Assembly: GCA_965228125.1 (NCBI GenBank)
Contig: OZ245791.1
Location: 257,596 to 321,595 of the forward strand
Direction of reading: 5' to 3'
Source: Victivallales bacterium
Lineage (GTDB): Bacteria > Verrucomicrobiota > Lentisphaeria > Victivallales > GWF2-38-69
Length of the DNA: 64,000 nt
Position numbers and translations under genes: made by a program. The notes beneath the pieces were generated by a model. It was given only the letters and a program-made list of their open reading frames with translations. It did not search any database and was not told the origin of the DNA. Positions 1 through 9,223 of the stretch are shown here, piece by piece. The stretch's first letter is position 1. Each line of letters begins with the position of its first letter.

Positions 1-1033
1 CTTCAAGGGTAGTAGCTATGGCATTAATAGTCTGAATGAACAAATTTTTAATTAACCTCTCTCTCTTAACACTTTCAGTAGTTTCTCTGACTGTGCCAAT
101 AGAGTAAACACATCTGCCTTTACTGTCAAAGATATTTTCACATCTCTCTTCAACATATTTCTCGTTTTTAAACGCTGTAATAATCCGGTGGGTAATGTGA
201 TGAGGGTGTTTAGTGTTCATGGAATCAAGATACGCTTTGTTCACTCTGTCTCTGTCATCAGGATGGATAAAAGCTAAAAATTTCTCATATGTCGGAACAA
301 AGTTTCTATCAGTAATCTCAAATATAGAAAATACCTCGTCTGTCCAAAACAGTTTATCTTTTAAAACATCAAACTCCCAATGCCCCATGATGGCTAATTT
401 ATTGGCAGCTCTAAGCCTGTTGTTAAGTTTTTGCATATCATGCTGGCTAACAAAGACGTTCTCCAGATTATCAAGAATGGTAATAAGAAAAAAAGTTGCT
501 ATCGGGAAAAAGATTAATGTCTGCAATAACGTATTCTTAAGAAACAGTGCATCATTAGGAACTTTTAAGATAAACAGCAAAACTGTTGATACTAAATAAA
601 CTAAAAAAGCAAGCATAAACACGTAACCTGGTTTGGCCAAAAAATCTTTCCTCTTCCTTAAGTAAGTATAGAGCATTCCAAGTATGCCGGATGTAATGGC
701 TATACCTATCGCAAGAATCAATTCTTCGCCTCCAATCGTAAGTTTATAGAGAACTGCTATTAATATAGAAATGACACCCCCCCATATACCTCCAATCACC
801 CCTGCGGTACAAATAATCATAGCAACTCCATCTAAGGCTGAATATAGATTGGAATAAAATGGATTGGCAAGTGGAATAACCGTCATCATCCCATACAAGA
901 AACCAGTCGCTGCGGCTCTCATCCTGTTTGCAGGAAAAACAGACTTGGCAATAAAAGAATATAAAAGAGACAGTGTAAAAATTATCGAAATATTGGATAT
1001 ATTAGAAATTAAAATATTTATGCCATTATTCAT
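1..1033 (-). CDS. Membrane sensor protein, partial (N-terminal multi-TM 5TMR/LytS-like module + PAS domain; C-terminus lies beyond the window start)
   Basis: Absent from the ORF track because it is open at the window edge. My reverse-complement translation from ATG 1033..1031 reads MNNGINILISNISNISIIFTLSLLYSFIAK... About six hydrophobic helices are followed by a PAS-like block (HWEFDVLKDKLFWTDEVFSIFE...FIHPDDRDRV...GTVRETTE). Codon-by-codon check from 1033 to about 541 found no stop; the remainder, down to base 1, was translated by eye, also without a stop. Track ORFs 213..599(+) and 864..1049(+) are antisense shadows of it. Confidence 0.6.
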   Translation of the reverse strand, partial: MNNGINILISNISNISIIFTLSLLYSFIAKSVFPANRMRAAATGFLYGMMTVIPLANPFYSNLYSALDGVAMIICTAGVIGGIWGGVISILIAVLYKLTIGGEELILAIGIAITSGILGMLYTYLRKRKDFLAKPGYVFMLAFLVYLVSTVLLFILKVPNDALFLKNTLLQTLIFFPIATFFLITILDNLENVFVSQHDMQKLNNRLRAANKLAIMGHWEFDVLKDKLFWTDEVFSIFEITDRNFVPTYEKFLAFIHPDDRDRVNKAYLDSMNTKHPHHITHRIITAFKNEKYVEERCENIFDSKGRCVYSIGTVRETTESVKRERLIKNLFIQTINAIATTLE

Positions 1034-1147
1034 ATCGAAATATCCCTGATTTTATTTTTATGACAATCAACTGGAGTTCAAGTATAGTTTATCTGAACTC
1101 AAACAACAATAGTTAAGAACCCTAATTATCGTATATCATTCATGATT

Positions 1148-1765
1148 TCAAAGACGCAGTTCCTGACACATATTATTAATCCACACTTCGAAACTATGCA
1201 GATACACATCGGAAACTTCAGGAAAACCGCCGCTCCCGTTAGCATATTTAAGCAGCAAGTTGACGAACATTTGGGCCGATTTTTCTTCTTCTTTCGAATC
1301 AGAGTTTGTCAGGATATGAGGCAAGGTTCCATTTTCATAGATGTAAGCAAGCTTAACCAACCATACGTAACTCTTTCCTCCGCTTACTACTCTTTCAAGG
1401 TGCTTTATAAGCGTTTCATATAGAAAACGGCTTGGAACACCATAGTGAGTGTTGTTTAAAATAAACGGCACTTCTTTAAGTATTTTTCCCAACTCAATGG
1501 AATTCCAAGCCAACTTGTCAAAATCCCTTACGTACTCAATTACCAGAGGGGATAAAAGAGATTTACCCTTATCTGCAAATTGAATATTAAATAACCTAAA
1601 AAGATCAACTTCAGGGGACGATTTCCTGGTTATTTTCCTAGCCCCTTTGATAATAAGATCTATTCGGCCGTAAAATGGGCTTATGCCGGAAATAATCAGA
1701 GAACTCTCCATATAAGGAGTCTTCTTCAGTACTATAAATTGGGTCGAAATAATTTTATTGGGCAT
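1148..1765 (-). CDS. recO: DNA repair protein RecO (short form)
   Basis: 205-aa ORF. The N-terminal OB-fold pattern is typical of RecO (FIVLKKTPYMESSLIISGISPFYGRIDLIIKGARK...LFRLFNIQF). Recognition is by remembered family pattern only. Confidence 0.55.
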   Translation of the reverse strand: MPNKIISTQFIVLKKTPYMESSLIISGISPFYGRIDLIIKGARKITRKSSPEVDLFRLFNIQFADKGKSLLSPLVIEYVRDFDKLAWNSIELGKILKEVPFILNNTHYGVPSRFLYETLIKHLERVVSGGKSYVWLVKLAYIYENGTLPHILTNSDSKEEEKSAQMFVNLLLKYANGSGGFPEVSDVYLHSFEVWINNMCQELRL

Positions 1766-2000
1766 AATGCTTAAAGATAAAATCAGTTTTCAGCATGAAG
1801 TATTTTCTGCTCTGCTACTACTATAACTCAGACACTACATAATCGGCAGAATAAAACCAATATTGATTCAGTTTTTTCTCGTATAAGACAGCTTTTTTGT
1901 ATGAATTGATTTTTTATAGCCCGAGTTATTGTTAAATATATAATTTCGGCTAAAATTATGATACTTTAAATATACTTCACTAGAGGAGGGAAATATTTTT

Positions 2001-3428
2001 ATGGATTACGCGAATTATCAGACAAAGAATTTCTTTGATGAGATGATGGACAAAGAAGGAAAGATACGGGAACCATATGCCAAGTTATGCGAAAAACTCA
2101 AAGATATTCCCTTGGAAGAAATTCAGCAACACCAGTTCATAGCAGAAAAAATGCTGCTGAATAAAGGCGTCACTTTCAATGTTTATTCTGAAGGAACAGG
2201 CATAGAGAGAATTTTCCCATTTGACATAGTCCCCAGAATAATATCGAACAACGAATGGAATATTCTGGAAAAAGGCCTTACTCAAAGAATTACAGCTCTT
2301 AATATGTTCATTGATGACGTGTACAATGAACAAAAGGCCATAAAAGACAAGATAATACCTCGTTCTATCGTGCTTTCCAGCAAAGACTACCTTAAAGAAT
2401 GCAAAGGCTTCAGTCCCCCAAAAGGCATCTGGTGCCACATTTCAGGAATAGATTTGATCAGGCACTCTGATGGCAATTATTATATTCTAGAAGACAATTT
2501 AAGAGTTCCTTCAGGAGTCTCTTATGTTCTTGAAAATAGAGACCTTACTAAGCGTACCTTTGCCGAACTCATGGAGAATTTGAATATCAAACCCGTGTTG
2601 AACTACCCTATGAAATTGCTTGAGATGCTTCATTTTATAAGCGAACGCCCCGATGCTCAGGCAGTTCTCCTTACCCCGGGAATATATAACTCTGCCTACT
2701 TTGAACACGCTTTTCTGGCTAAACAGATGGGAATCGAGCTTGTGGAAGGCAAAGACCTTTTTGTTGAGAATGATATAGTTTATATGAAAACAACAAAAGG
2801 CCCTAAGAGAGTCCATGTAATCTATCGAAGAATAGACGATAAATTCCTGGATCCATTGGCTTTTCACCCCGATTCTATGCTTGGAGTGCCAGGAATATTC
2901 AAAGCATACAAAAAACACAATGTAGCATTGGCAAATGCCCCCGGAACTGGCGTAGCTGATGATAAAGTGATCTGCGCATATGTGCCGAAACTCATTAAAT
3001 ATTATCTCGGAGAAGATGCTATTATTCCAAACGTTCCGACTTTCCTGTGTTCAATCAAGAAAGAGTTGAACCATGTCCTTGAAAATCTACCCAATATGGT
3101 GGTCAAAGCTGCAAACCAATCGGGTGGATACGGTATGCTGATCGGACCTGCGGCATCTAAAAAAGAATTGACCGAATTCAGGGAAAACATTATAAATAAC
3201 CCCAGAAACTATATAGCCCAGCCCGTCATGTCATTATCTACTGTGCCAACACTTATTGACGATCATCTTGAAGGAAGACACGTAGATTTGAGACCTTATA
3301 TAATTTGCGGAGAGAAGGTCTATGTAACAAAGGGCGGACTGACCAGGGTAGCTCTCAAAAAAGGATCTCTGGTAGTTAATTCTTCACAAGGCGGCGGCAG
3401 TAAAGACACATGGGTTTTAAATTCTTGA
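2001..3428 (+). CDS. Circularly permuted ATP-grasp type 2 protein (COG2308 family)
   Basis: 475 aa with family-typical length and sequence. AGGAGG-like RBS upstream. First gene of the conserved ATP-grasp / alpha-E / peptidase / transglutaminase operon. Confidence 0.85.
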   Translation: MDYANYQTKNFFDEMMDKEGKIREPYAKLCEKLKDIPLEEIQQHQFIAEKMLLNKGVTFNVYSEGTGIERIFPFDIVPRIISNNEWNILEKGLTQRITALNMFIDDVYNEQKAIKDKIIPRSIVLSSKDYLKECKGFSPPKGIWCHISGIDLIRHSDGNYYILEDNLRVPSGVSYVLENRDLTKRTFAELMENLNIKPVLNYPMKLLEMLHFISERPDAQAVLLTPGIYNSAYFEHAFLAKQMGIELVEGKDLFVENDIVYMKTTKGPKRVHVIYRRIDDKFLDPLAFHPDSMLGVPGIFKAYKKHNVALANAPGTGVADDKVICAYVPKLIKYYLGEDAIIPNVPTFLCSIKKELNHVLENLPNMVVKAANQSGGYGMLIGPAASKKELTEFRENIINNPRNYIAQPVMSLSTVPTLIDDHLEGRHVDLRPYIICGEKVYVTKGGLTRVALKKGSLVVNSSQGGGSKDTWVLNS

Positions 3429-3446
3429 TTATAAGGAGAAATTATT

Positions 3447-4388
3447 ATGCTTAGCAGGGTAGCAAGTTCTATATATTGGATGAGTAGGTACATAGAAAGA
3501 GCCGAAAATTACGCAAGGTTCATTGATGTTCTAAAAAATCTGTCTCTTGAGCTCCCCCCTACTCTTAAAGAACAATGGAATCCGCTGGTTATGATGACAG
3601 GGGATGCTCTCTTATTTGATTCAAAATACAGTTCTTACACAAAAAGCAACGTTATAAGATTTCTGACTGTTGATACAGATAATCCCAATTCAATATACTC
3701 ATGTATTTCAAAAGCTAGAGAAAATGCCAGAACTATCCGAGACACTTTGACTATTGAAATGTGGTTTCAAATTAATGAGATGTATCTTTCAGCCCAAAGC
3801 AGGCAAAAAAAGAAAAACTGGACAGATGAAACTCTTAACAACTTTCTTAAGGAAATAATAGATGGCAGTCAGCTCTTTTCGGGAATAATGCATACCACGT
3901 TTTCTCACGGGGAAGCGTGGAACTTCTCTCTCGTAGGAAGGATGCTTGAAAGGGGCGATAAGATAACAAGAATGATAGATATGAAATACTATTACCTTCT
4001 GCCAAAAGTCGAATATGTAGGCACGTCTCTGGATCTGCTGCAATGGAGCGCTATACTCAAGTCCGCAAGCGCTTATGAAATGTACAGAAAGACTTATCCC
4101 AGATTAACAGCTCCTCACATTTTGGAATTCCTGTTGTTCAACAAGGATTTTCCAAGAGCAGTAAGATATTGTGTAACACGCGCAGAGACAGGAATCCACA
4201 CCATAACAGGAACTCCTGCTAATACATATTCATGTGAATATGAAAGGGAATTGGGCAAACTGAGAGCGGATATGGATTTCACGGATACAAACGAAATAAT
4301 TAAACTTGGGCTTCACGATTATTTAATTGACATTGAGACCAGAATGAATGCTATAGGCGCAGCTATATCTGAAACATTCTTCTTCTGA
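3447..4388 (+). CDS. Alpha-E domain protein (COG2307 / DUF403)
   Basis: 313 aa. N-terminus MLSRVASSIYWMSRYIERAENYARF is the hallmark start of alpha-E proteins. Lies 18 nt after the ATP-grasp gene. Confidence 0.85.
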   Translation: MLSRVASSIYWMSRYIERAENYARFIDVLKNLSLELPPTLKEQWNPLVMMTGDALLFDSKYSSYTKSNVIRFLTVDTDNPNSIYSCISKARENARTIRDTLTIEMWFQINEMYLSAQSRQKKKNWTDETLNNFLKEIIDGSQLFSGIMHTTFSHGEAWNFSLVGRMLERGDKITRMIDMKYYYLLPKVEYVGTSLDLLQWSAILKSASAYEMYRKTYPRLTAPHILEFLLFNKDFPRAVRYCVTRAETGIHTITGTPANTYSCEYERELGKLRADMDFTDTNEIIKLGLHDYLIDIETRMNAIGAAISETFFF

Positions 4389-4439
4389 TTAAAATCTGTT
4401 GTGACTTACCAACCAGTTGCCTAAGAAAGGAAAATCTTA

Positions 4440-5168
4440 ATGACATATTGTCTTGTTTTAAAACTGGAGGATGGCCTTGTCGGGCTTTCCGATACAATGA
4501 TAACAAGCGGAAGGGAATACCTGACCGCCTCAAAAGTTTTGATCCCGCAGACTTTAGGTAATCATAAGTTTTTTATAATGAGCTCAGGCCTAAGATCGGT
4601 AAGAGATAAAGCAGTTACATATTTTCAGGAAGCTATAGAAGAAGACTCAGGAAACTTCAATAAGCTTTACAAAGTAGTAAACGCATTAGCAGCACAAATT
4701 CGGCGAGTGGCAAAAGAGGACAAAGAATATCTTAAGAGCAGCGGGTTCGATTTTAATATTCATACACTTGTCGCAGGACAGCTGGAAGACGATAAGGAGC
4801 ACATGCTGTACATGCTTTATCCTGAGGGGAATTGGGTTGAAGTAGGAGAGAATTCTCCATACTTTTCCATAGGAAATACAGGATACGGCAAGCCTATTCT
4901 CGATAGGACCATCAACTACAATTCATCCATGAATTTTGCCCTTAAAGTAGCATTTCTGGCATTTGATGCGACAAGACTTAGTTCAAACGATGTAAATTAC
5001 CCTGTAGATGTTGTTCTATATAGAAAGAATTCATTCAAAATAGCCACCCACAGGTACTCTTACAGCGACCTCTATACTTACTCCGATAAATGGAAAGACA
5101 TGATAGCCAAGTCGGTCAGAGACATGCCTGATGAATGGATAAATACAGTTTTTTCCAAACTTGATTAA
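4440..5168 (+). CDS. Proteasome-type (Ntn-hydrolase) peptidase, COG3484-like
   Basis: 242 aa. Thr2 directly after the initiator Met (MTYCLVLK...) fits an N-terminal Thr nucleophile. It occupies the conserved third position in the operon. Confidence 0.7.
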   Translation: MTYCLVLKLEDGLVGLSDTMITSGREYLTASKVLIPQTLGNHKFFIMSSGLRSVRDKAVTYFQEAIEEDSGNFNKLYKVVNALAAQIRRVAKEDKEYLKSSGFDFNIHTLVAGQLEDDKEHMLYMLYPEGNWVEVGENSPYFSIGNTGYGKPILDRTINYNSSMNFALKVAFLAFDATRLSSNDVNYPVDVVLYRKNSFKIATHRYSYSDLYTYSDKWKDMIAKSVRDMPDEWINTVFSKLD

Positions 5169-5182
5169 CAATAGGATTTCTT

Positions 5183-6031
5183 ATGAGATGCATAATAACC
5201 CACTCCACTTCCTATACCTACTCTGAAAGTGTAGGATTTGGAAATCATATCATAAAACTCACTCCGAAACCAGCAAAACACGTAACTCTAAACTCTCACA
5301 AGCTGACCATTACCCCTACTCCTTCTATGCTTTATAGATATGAAGAAACAGATGGCTCGTTGGTATACAGCGCTTTTTTCAATACAAAATCCAAAATATT
5401 AAGTTTCGAACATGTTTCAGATGTATCACTGGAAGAATATAATCCTTTTGACTTTATGATTTCCCCTCTCGAATATGTAAGAGTGCCTTTTACCATGAAC
5501 CAGTCCACTCATCCTGACCTAATGCCGTTCTTACATGAATATGAACCGCTCTCTGACGAGCTTAAGGATTTTATTCATGCTGTTTCAGATGAGCTTAAAG
5601 ATTCAACACTGGATTTCGCTATTACTATGTGCAGTAAAATTCGTGAAATGATAGCATATGGAAAAAGAATTAACCCTGCCCCGCAATTTGCCAACGAAAC
5701 TTTCCATTTAAGAAAAGGTTCATGTCGTGACATGGCCAGGATTTTCCTTCAGATTTGCCGGTATGCAGGTATCCCTTCGCGTTTTGTAAGCGGATATGCT
5801 ATCAAAGAAGTACCGGAAGGAGAAAACCCCGACCTTCACTCTTGGGTAGATCTTTACATTCCGGGAGGCGGATGGGTAGCTTTCGATCCTACATTAGGAC
5901 TTATCCCTTCAGGCGGGCAGTTAGCTTTAACTTCTTCTGCCGAGCTGAAATGCACCACACCTATTTCAGGAGGATTTATTGGTAACGCAGATTCAAAGCT
6001 AGATCACTTGCTTACTTATAAATTCCTCTAG
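5183..6031 (+). CDS. Transglutaminase-like family protein
   Basis: 282 aa. Cys-His-Asp triad context GSCRDMA ... HSWVD ... FDPT. Fourth gene of the operon. Confidence 0.85.
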   Translation: MRCIITHSTSYTYSESVGFGNHIIKLTPKPAKHVTLNSHKLTITPTPSMLYRYEETDGSLVYSAFFNTKSKILSFEHVSDVSLEEYNPFDFMISPLEYVRVPFTMNQSTHPDLMPFLHEYEPLSDELKDFIHAVSDELKDSTLDFAITMCSKIREMIAYGKRINPAPQFANETFHLRKGSCRDMARIFLQICRYAGIPSRFVSGYAIKEVPEGENPDLHSWVDLYIPGGGWVAFDPTLGLIPSGGQLALTSSAELKCTTPISGGFIGNADSKLDHLLTYKFL

Positions 6032-6160
6032 TCAGCATTACCTGCAGATACGATTCTTTAGTATACATAGACTTCAATAGCATGTTGTGTTTAGCTATTG
6101 AAAGGGATTAGCTATAAGAATATAATAACCCCATAAATCATATAAAAAGGGTTTTTATCA

Positions 6161-6574
6161 ATGAAAAAAAAATTTTTAAACGCTTTAGCTATATCGGCTT
6201 TGCTTGTTTCTTCAACAATTGTTTCATCCTGTAGATCTGCAACAAACAATACCACTAATGACACTACCCTTACCCAAGCCAATATAGTTTTAAATCTTAA
6301 AAAAGGTGAAACTACTCAGGCCGAAGTACTTAACGCTTTTGGAGCTCCTAATATCATAACGACTGACGCTTCCGGCAACGAAGTTTGGAGTTATCAAAGA
6401 AATTCAATGTCGGCTCAGACAAGCAGTGACGGGTTCTATGCCACTATAGTTTTAGCCGGATACAATTCAGGCGGCGGCGGATACAACCAATCTACAAGAA
6501 CGGCAACTCTTATAATAAAATTCGGCGCTGATAAAAAAGTCACGGATTTTAAATTTATGTCAACTTCTTTCTAA
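6161..6574 (+). CDS. Lipoprotein, possibly SmpA/OmlA (BamE-like) fold
   Basis: Signal peptide with lipobox (LLVSSTIVSSC). The segment LKKGETTQAEVLNAFGAPN resembles the BamE-like motif. Confidence 0.55.
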   Translation: MKKKFLNALAISALLVSSTIVSSCRSATNNTTNDTTLTQANIVLNLKKGETTQAEVLNAFGAPNIITTDASGNEVWSYQRNSMSAQTSSDGFYATIVLAGYNSGGGGYNQSTRTATLIIKFGADKKVTDFKFMSTSF

Positions 6575-6599
6575 CCTTAAAAAATAAACCATTATCCCT

Positions 6600-7130
6600 A
6601 TGCTAAAAAAGTTATATTTAGTCCTTTTAAGCTCTTCCTTCCTTTTCATAGTTGGCTGTGAAATGCTTAATCATCCTCCTCAAATGACTAGCCTGCAAAT
6701 ACAAGCCATTCAATCAAGAGAATTTGAAACATCTAAAGCCATAGCCTTTGCTTCAACCATGTCAGTCTTGCAGGATTTGGGGTATATCGTCTCCATGGCA
6801 AGTATAGAAACAGGTTTTATAACAGCTCAAAGCCCCACTTCGTCTGACTTCTTCTCAGGAATTCAGACAACGAAGGTTACGGCCTACATTCAAAGCATGC
6901 CAAATAGCAGTACAAAAATCAGGCTCAATTTTGTCACACAAAGTCAAATATCCCAGCCAAATGGCGGCGGGGTCATAATTACCGATACAGCTATATACAA
7001 CCCACAGCCTTATCAAGAAGCTTTCAATAAGATACAAGAGCAAATATTCATTAACACACCTTTCAGCAATGGCAAGACACCCACTGCGATGCAACAGCCT
7101 GACATGCCTTCCGGCACTCCGGCACAATAG
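6600..7130 (+). CDS. Lipoprotein of unknown function
   Basis: Signal peptide with lipobox (SFLFIVGC). 176 aa, Pro/Gln-rich tail. Confidence 0.55.
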   Translation: MLKKLYLVLLSSSFLFIVGCEMLNHPPQMTSLQIQAIQSREFETSKAIAFASTMSVLQDLGYIVSMASIETGFITAQSPTSSDFFSGIQTTKVTAYIQSMPNSSTKIRLNFVTQSQISQPNGGGVIITDTAIYNPQPYQEAFNKIQEQIFINTPFSNGKTPTAMQQPDMPSGTPAQ

Positions 7131-7160
7131 TGTTGAGTACTAAATTATGAGCTTTAGATT

Positions 7161-8165
7161 TTGAGAACAGAAATAGAAAATACGATAGCCGAAATCCCAA
7201 ATCAAAGTCTTATTAATTCTTCATTTGCCCCTTTAGAAAAGCTTCAAACAATTACTGAAAATTTGCATAAAGAGGATGTTTCAGCTTTATGCCTCCTTGA
7301 TAATGAAGGATTCATAATCGGCAAAGATGAAACTTTGGATAATTACAAGAACAGGCTAAGCAAAATATTCAATGACATCAGGGATTTAAACAACGAGCTC
7401 AAAGATAACAATACTTTTATTGTTTATGGCAGACTTGGAATAAAAAGCAGTGACAGGATAGGACAAGAGCTTTGCAAAGAAGCAGTACACATTGTTTCCA
7501 CAAAATACTCTATTGAACCTTCTTTGATCGAAAGCTTCTACGCTCCAAAAAGTTTTGGTCTATTTGTCGGAGGGTGCGCTGTGACATTCGACTCAGGATT
7601 ATCTGTCATTCTTCTTAAAAGAAAATTTAAATTCAAAAAGAAATGGCTTCTCTACACTTCATCCGAACTTCTTGCGCACGAACTCTGCCATTCTGCCAGA
7701 GCACCTATCATGGATAATAAGCTGGAAGAATTTTTCGCATATAATATTTCTGACAGCCCTTTAAGAAAACATTTGGGTAATTGCTTCAAAAGCCAGTGGG
7801 ATTCTATCTTAATTCTGCTTCCGATTTTCCTGCTTATGACAATAACAATATTTAAAGCTCTTGTATTCCCATCAATAAATACAGTTTTTTTTTGGGTGCT
7901 TATCCTTGTCTATCCTGCCTTTTTAATCATTCGTAATCACTTTGTAATGAGTAAATTTTACAGAGCCAAAGATGTTTTATCTCTCTATCTGACGAAAAAA
8001 GATAGCATCATGCCAATCTTATTCAGAAGTTCTTTTGATGAAATCTCAACTATGGCCAAAATAAAAAGCATACATGATTTTGACTCATTTATAGAGGGAA
8101 AAACTCAAGCCGAGCTTCGCTGGAAAATCATTTACTCCAGGTTTGTTAAACCGATTATAGAGTAG
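7161..8165 (+). CDS. Membrane protein with HExxH zinc-peptidase-like motif
   Basis: 334 aa with a TTG start in the track. Motif AHELCHSARAP is followed by two or three hydrophobic helices (ILILLPIFLLMTITIF, FFWVLILVYPAFLII). Function unknown. Confidence 0.4.
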   Translation: MRTEIENTIAEIPNQSLINSSFAPLEKLQTITENLHKEDVSALCLLDNEGFIIGKDETLDNYKNRLSKIFNDIRDLNNELKDNNTFIVYGRLGIKSSDRIGQELCKEAVHIVSTKYSIEPSLIESFYAPKSFGLFVGGCAVTFDSGLSVILLKRKFKFKKKWLLYTSSELLAHELCHSARAPIMDNKLEEFFAYNISDSPLRKHLGNCFKSQWDSILILLPIFLLMTITIFKALVFPSINTVFFWVLILVYPAFLIIRNHFVMSKFYRAKDVLSLYLTKKDSIMPILFRSSFDEISTMAKIKSIHDFDSFIEGKTQAELRWKIIYSRFVKPIIE

Positions 8166-9219
8166 TGTTCTGGCCAATTTTCTGGTTGGAACTGGAAAGA
8201 TTTAAGATACCTGCGATATCATCAGCGCCTAAAGTAAAATTCAAAACAAAGTTTTTCCCTTTCACTCCATTGGATATCGTATTTAAAAAAGGTAACTGGG
8301 TATTGCTTTTGGCCATCATAAAAATTTGTATCTTTAATAACGGCATATACTGATTGATAAGTCCGTTAAGGGTATTAGCCGCATCTGCATTCCGAAACAT
8401 TACTGTGGTATTTACCGTCAACTTGTCAGAAGCCGAGACTGTCAGTGTAGCCCCGATCAGATTTTTTATAATGTTTCTGAGAGATGAAGCCGGACTCTGC
8501 GGTTGTCCGTCAGGTTGTATTTTACCATCCTCCTCTTCAAGTAGAGACCTGATAGCAGGCAGAACAGCAGCGATAACATAGAGTGTTGAGTCTTTGCTGA
8601 CAAGTTTTTTTTGTTCAATCAGTCTGCCAGGCAAGGCAATAGGCTTTTTCCCTATGTATCTTGTAGCCAAAGCCACTATCGAATCCAAATAATCAGAAGC
8701 AAATAAGGTGTTTTTATCAGGCATAAACACAAACAAGGAATTACCCTGAGATTCAATTTCTGTTACCTTAAAGCTTGAGGCTTCAATTTGTCTGGTAGTG
8801 AGTTTTGATTTTCCTGGGGCTTCACCAGTAATAATTTTTATCACGCTGTCCTGTGAAATTTCCTTGTTCAGCTTAAAAGCCATAATATAGGATATAGTCT
8901 CTTTTTTCTGGGGCGTATTCTGAACCTGAATCAGATCGACTGAAAATGCAATTTCTGATAAGTCTTTTTCCGACAAACCATTAGCTGCGCCGGATGGATA
9001 AATAGCCGCGATTACATCAGAACTTGCAAACTTTGAAAGGAGATTGTTCTTAATAGCAGTATATATCTTTGTTCCCTGTAATTTTCCGGCGTCAAAATAT
9101 AGAACACAGTATGAGTTCCGGCTAACCATATAATCGGCAATATTTGAGGCTGTCACTGTAATTGTCGACAACGTGAATAGAATTGCAGCAATAAGTATTT
9201 TTTTCATTTTAAACGACAC
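8155..9219 (-). CDS. Secreted protein of unknown function
   Basis: 354 aa. Signal peptide MKKILIAAILFTLSTITVTASN; the likely true start is the second Met at 9207. Its tail overlaps the convergent gene by 11 nt. Confidence 0.5.
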   Translation of the reverse strand: MSFKMKKILIAAILFTLSTITVTASNIADYMVSRNSYCVLYFDAGKLQGTKIYTAIKNNLLSKFASSDVIAAIYPSGAANGLSEKDLSEIAFSVDLIQVQNTPQKKETISYIMAFKLNKEISQDSVIKIITGEAPGKSKLTTRQIEASSFKVTEIESQGNSLFVFMPDKNTLFASDYLDSIVALATRYIGKKPIALPGRLIEQKKLVSKDSTLYVIAAVLPAIRSLLEEEDGKIQPDGQPQSPASSLRNIIKNLIGATLTVSASDKLTVNTTVMFRNADAANTLNGLINQYMPLLKIQIFMMAKSNTQLPFLNTISNGVKGKNFVLNFTLGADDIAGILNLSSSNQKIGQNTTL

Positions 9220-9223
9220 TCAT

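Noticed and set aside
213-1049. Track ORFs 213..599(+) and 864..1049(+)
   Set aside because: Both lie antisense to a long uninterrupted minus-strand frame that has clear membrane and PAS features. Their products are low-complexity and have no RBS context. They are shadow ORFs.
2085-2918. Antisense or nested ORFs of 60-160 aa inside larger genes. Examples: 2085..2438, 2511..2918, 5755..5985, 9536..9913, 11515..11925, 12502..12969, 28493..28951, 32261..32752, 41289..41588, 52935..53258, 61669..62016, and many others in the track.
   Set aside because: Each is fully contained in, or strongly overlaps, a longer ORF with recognisable family motifs on the other strand or frame. None shows motifs of its own.
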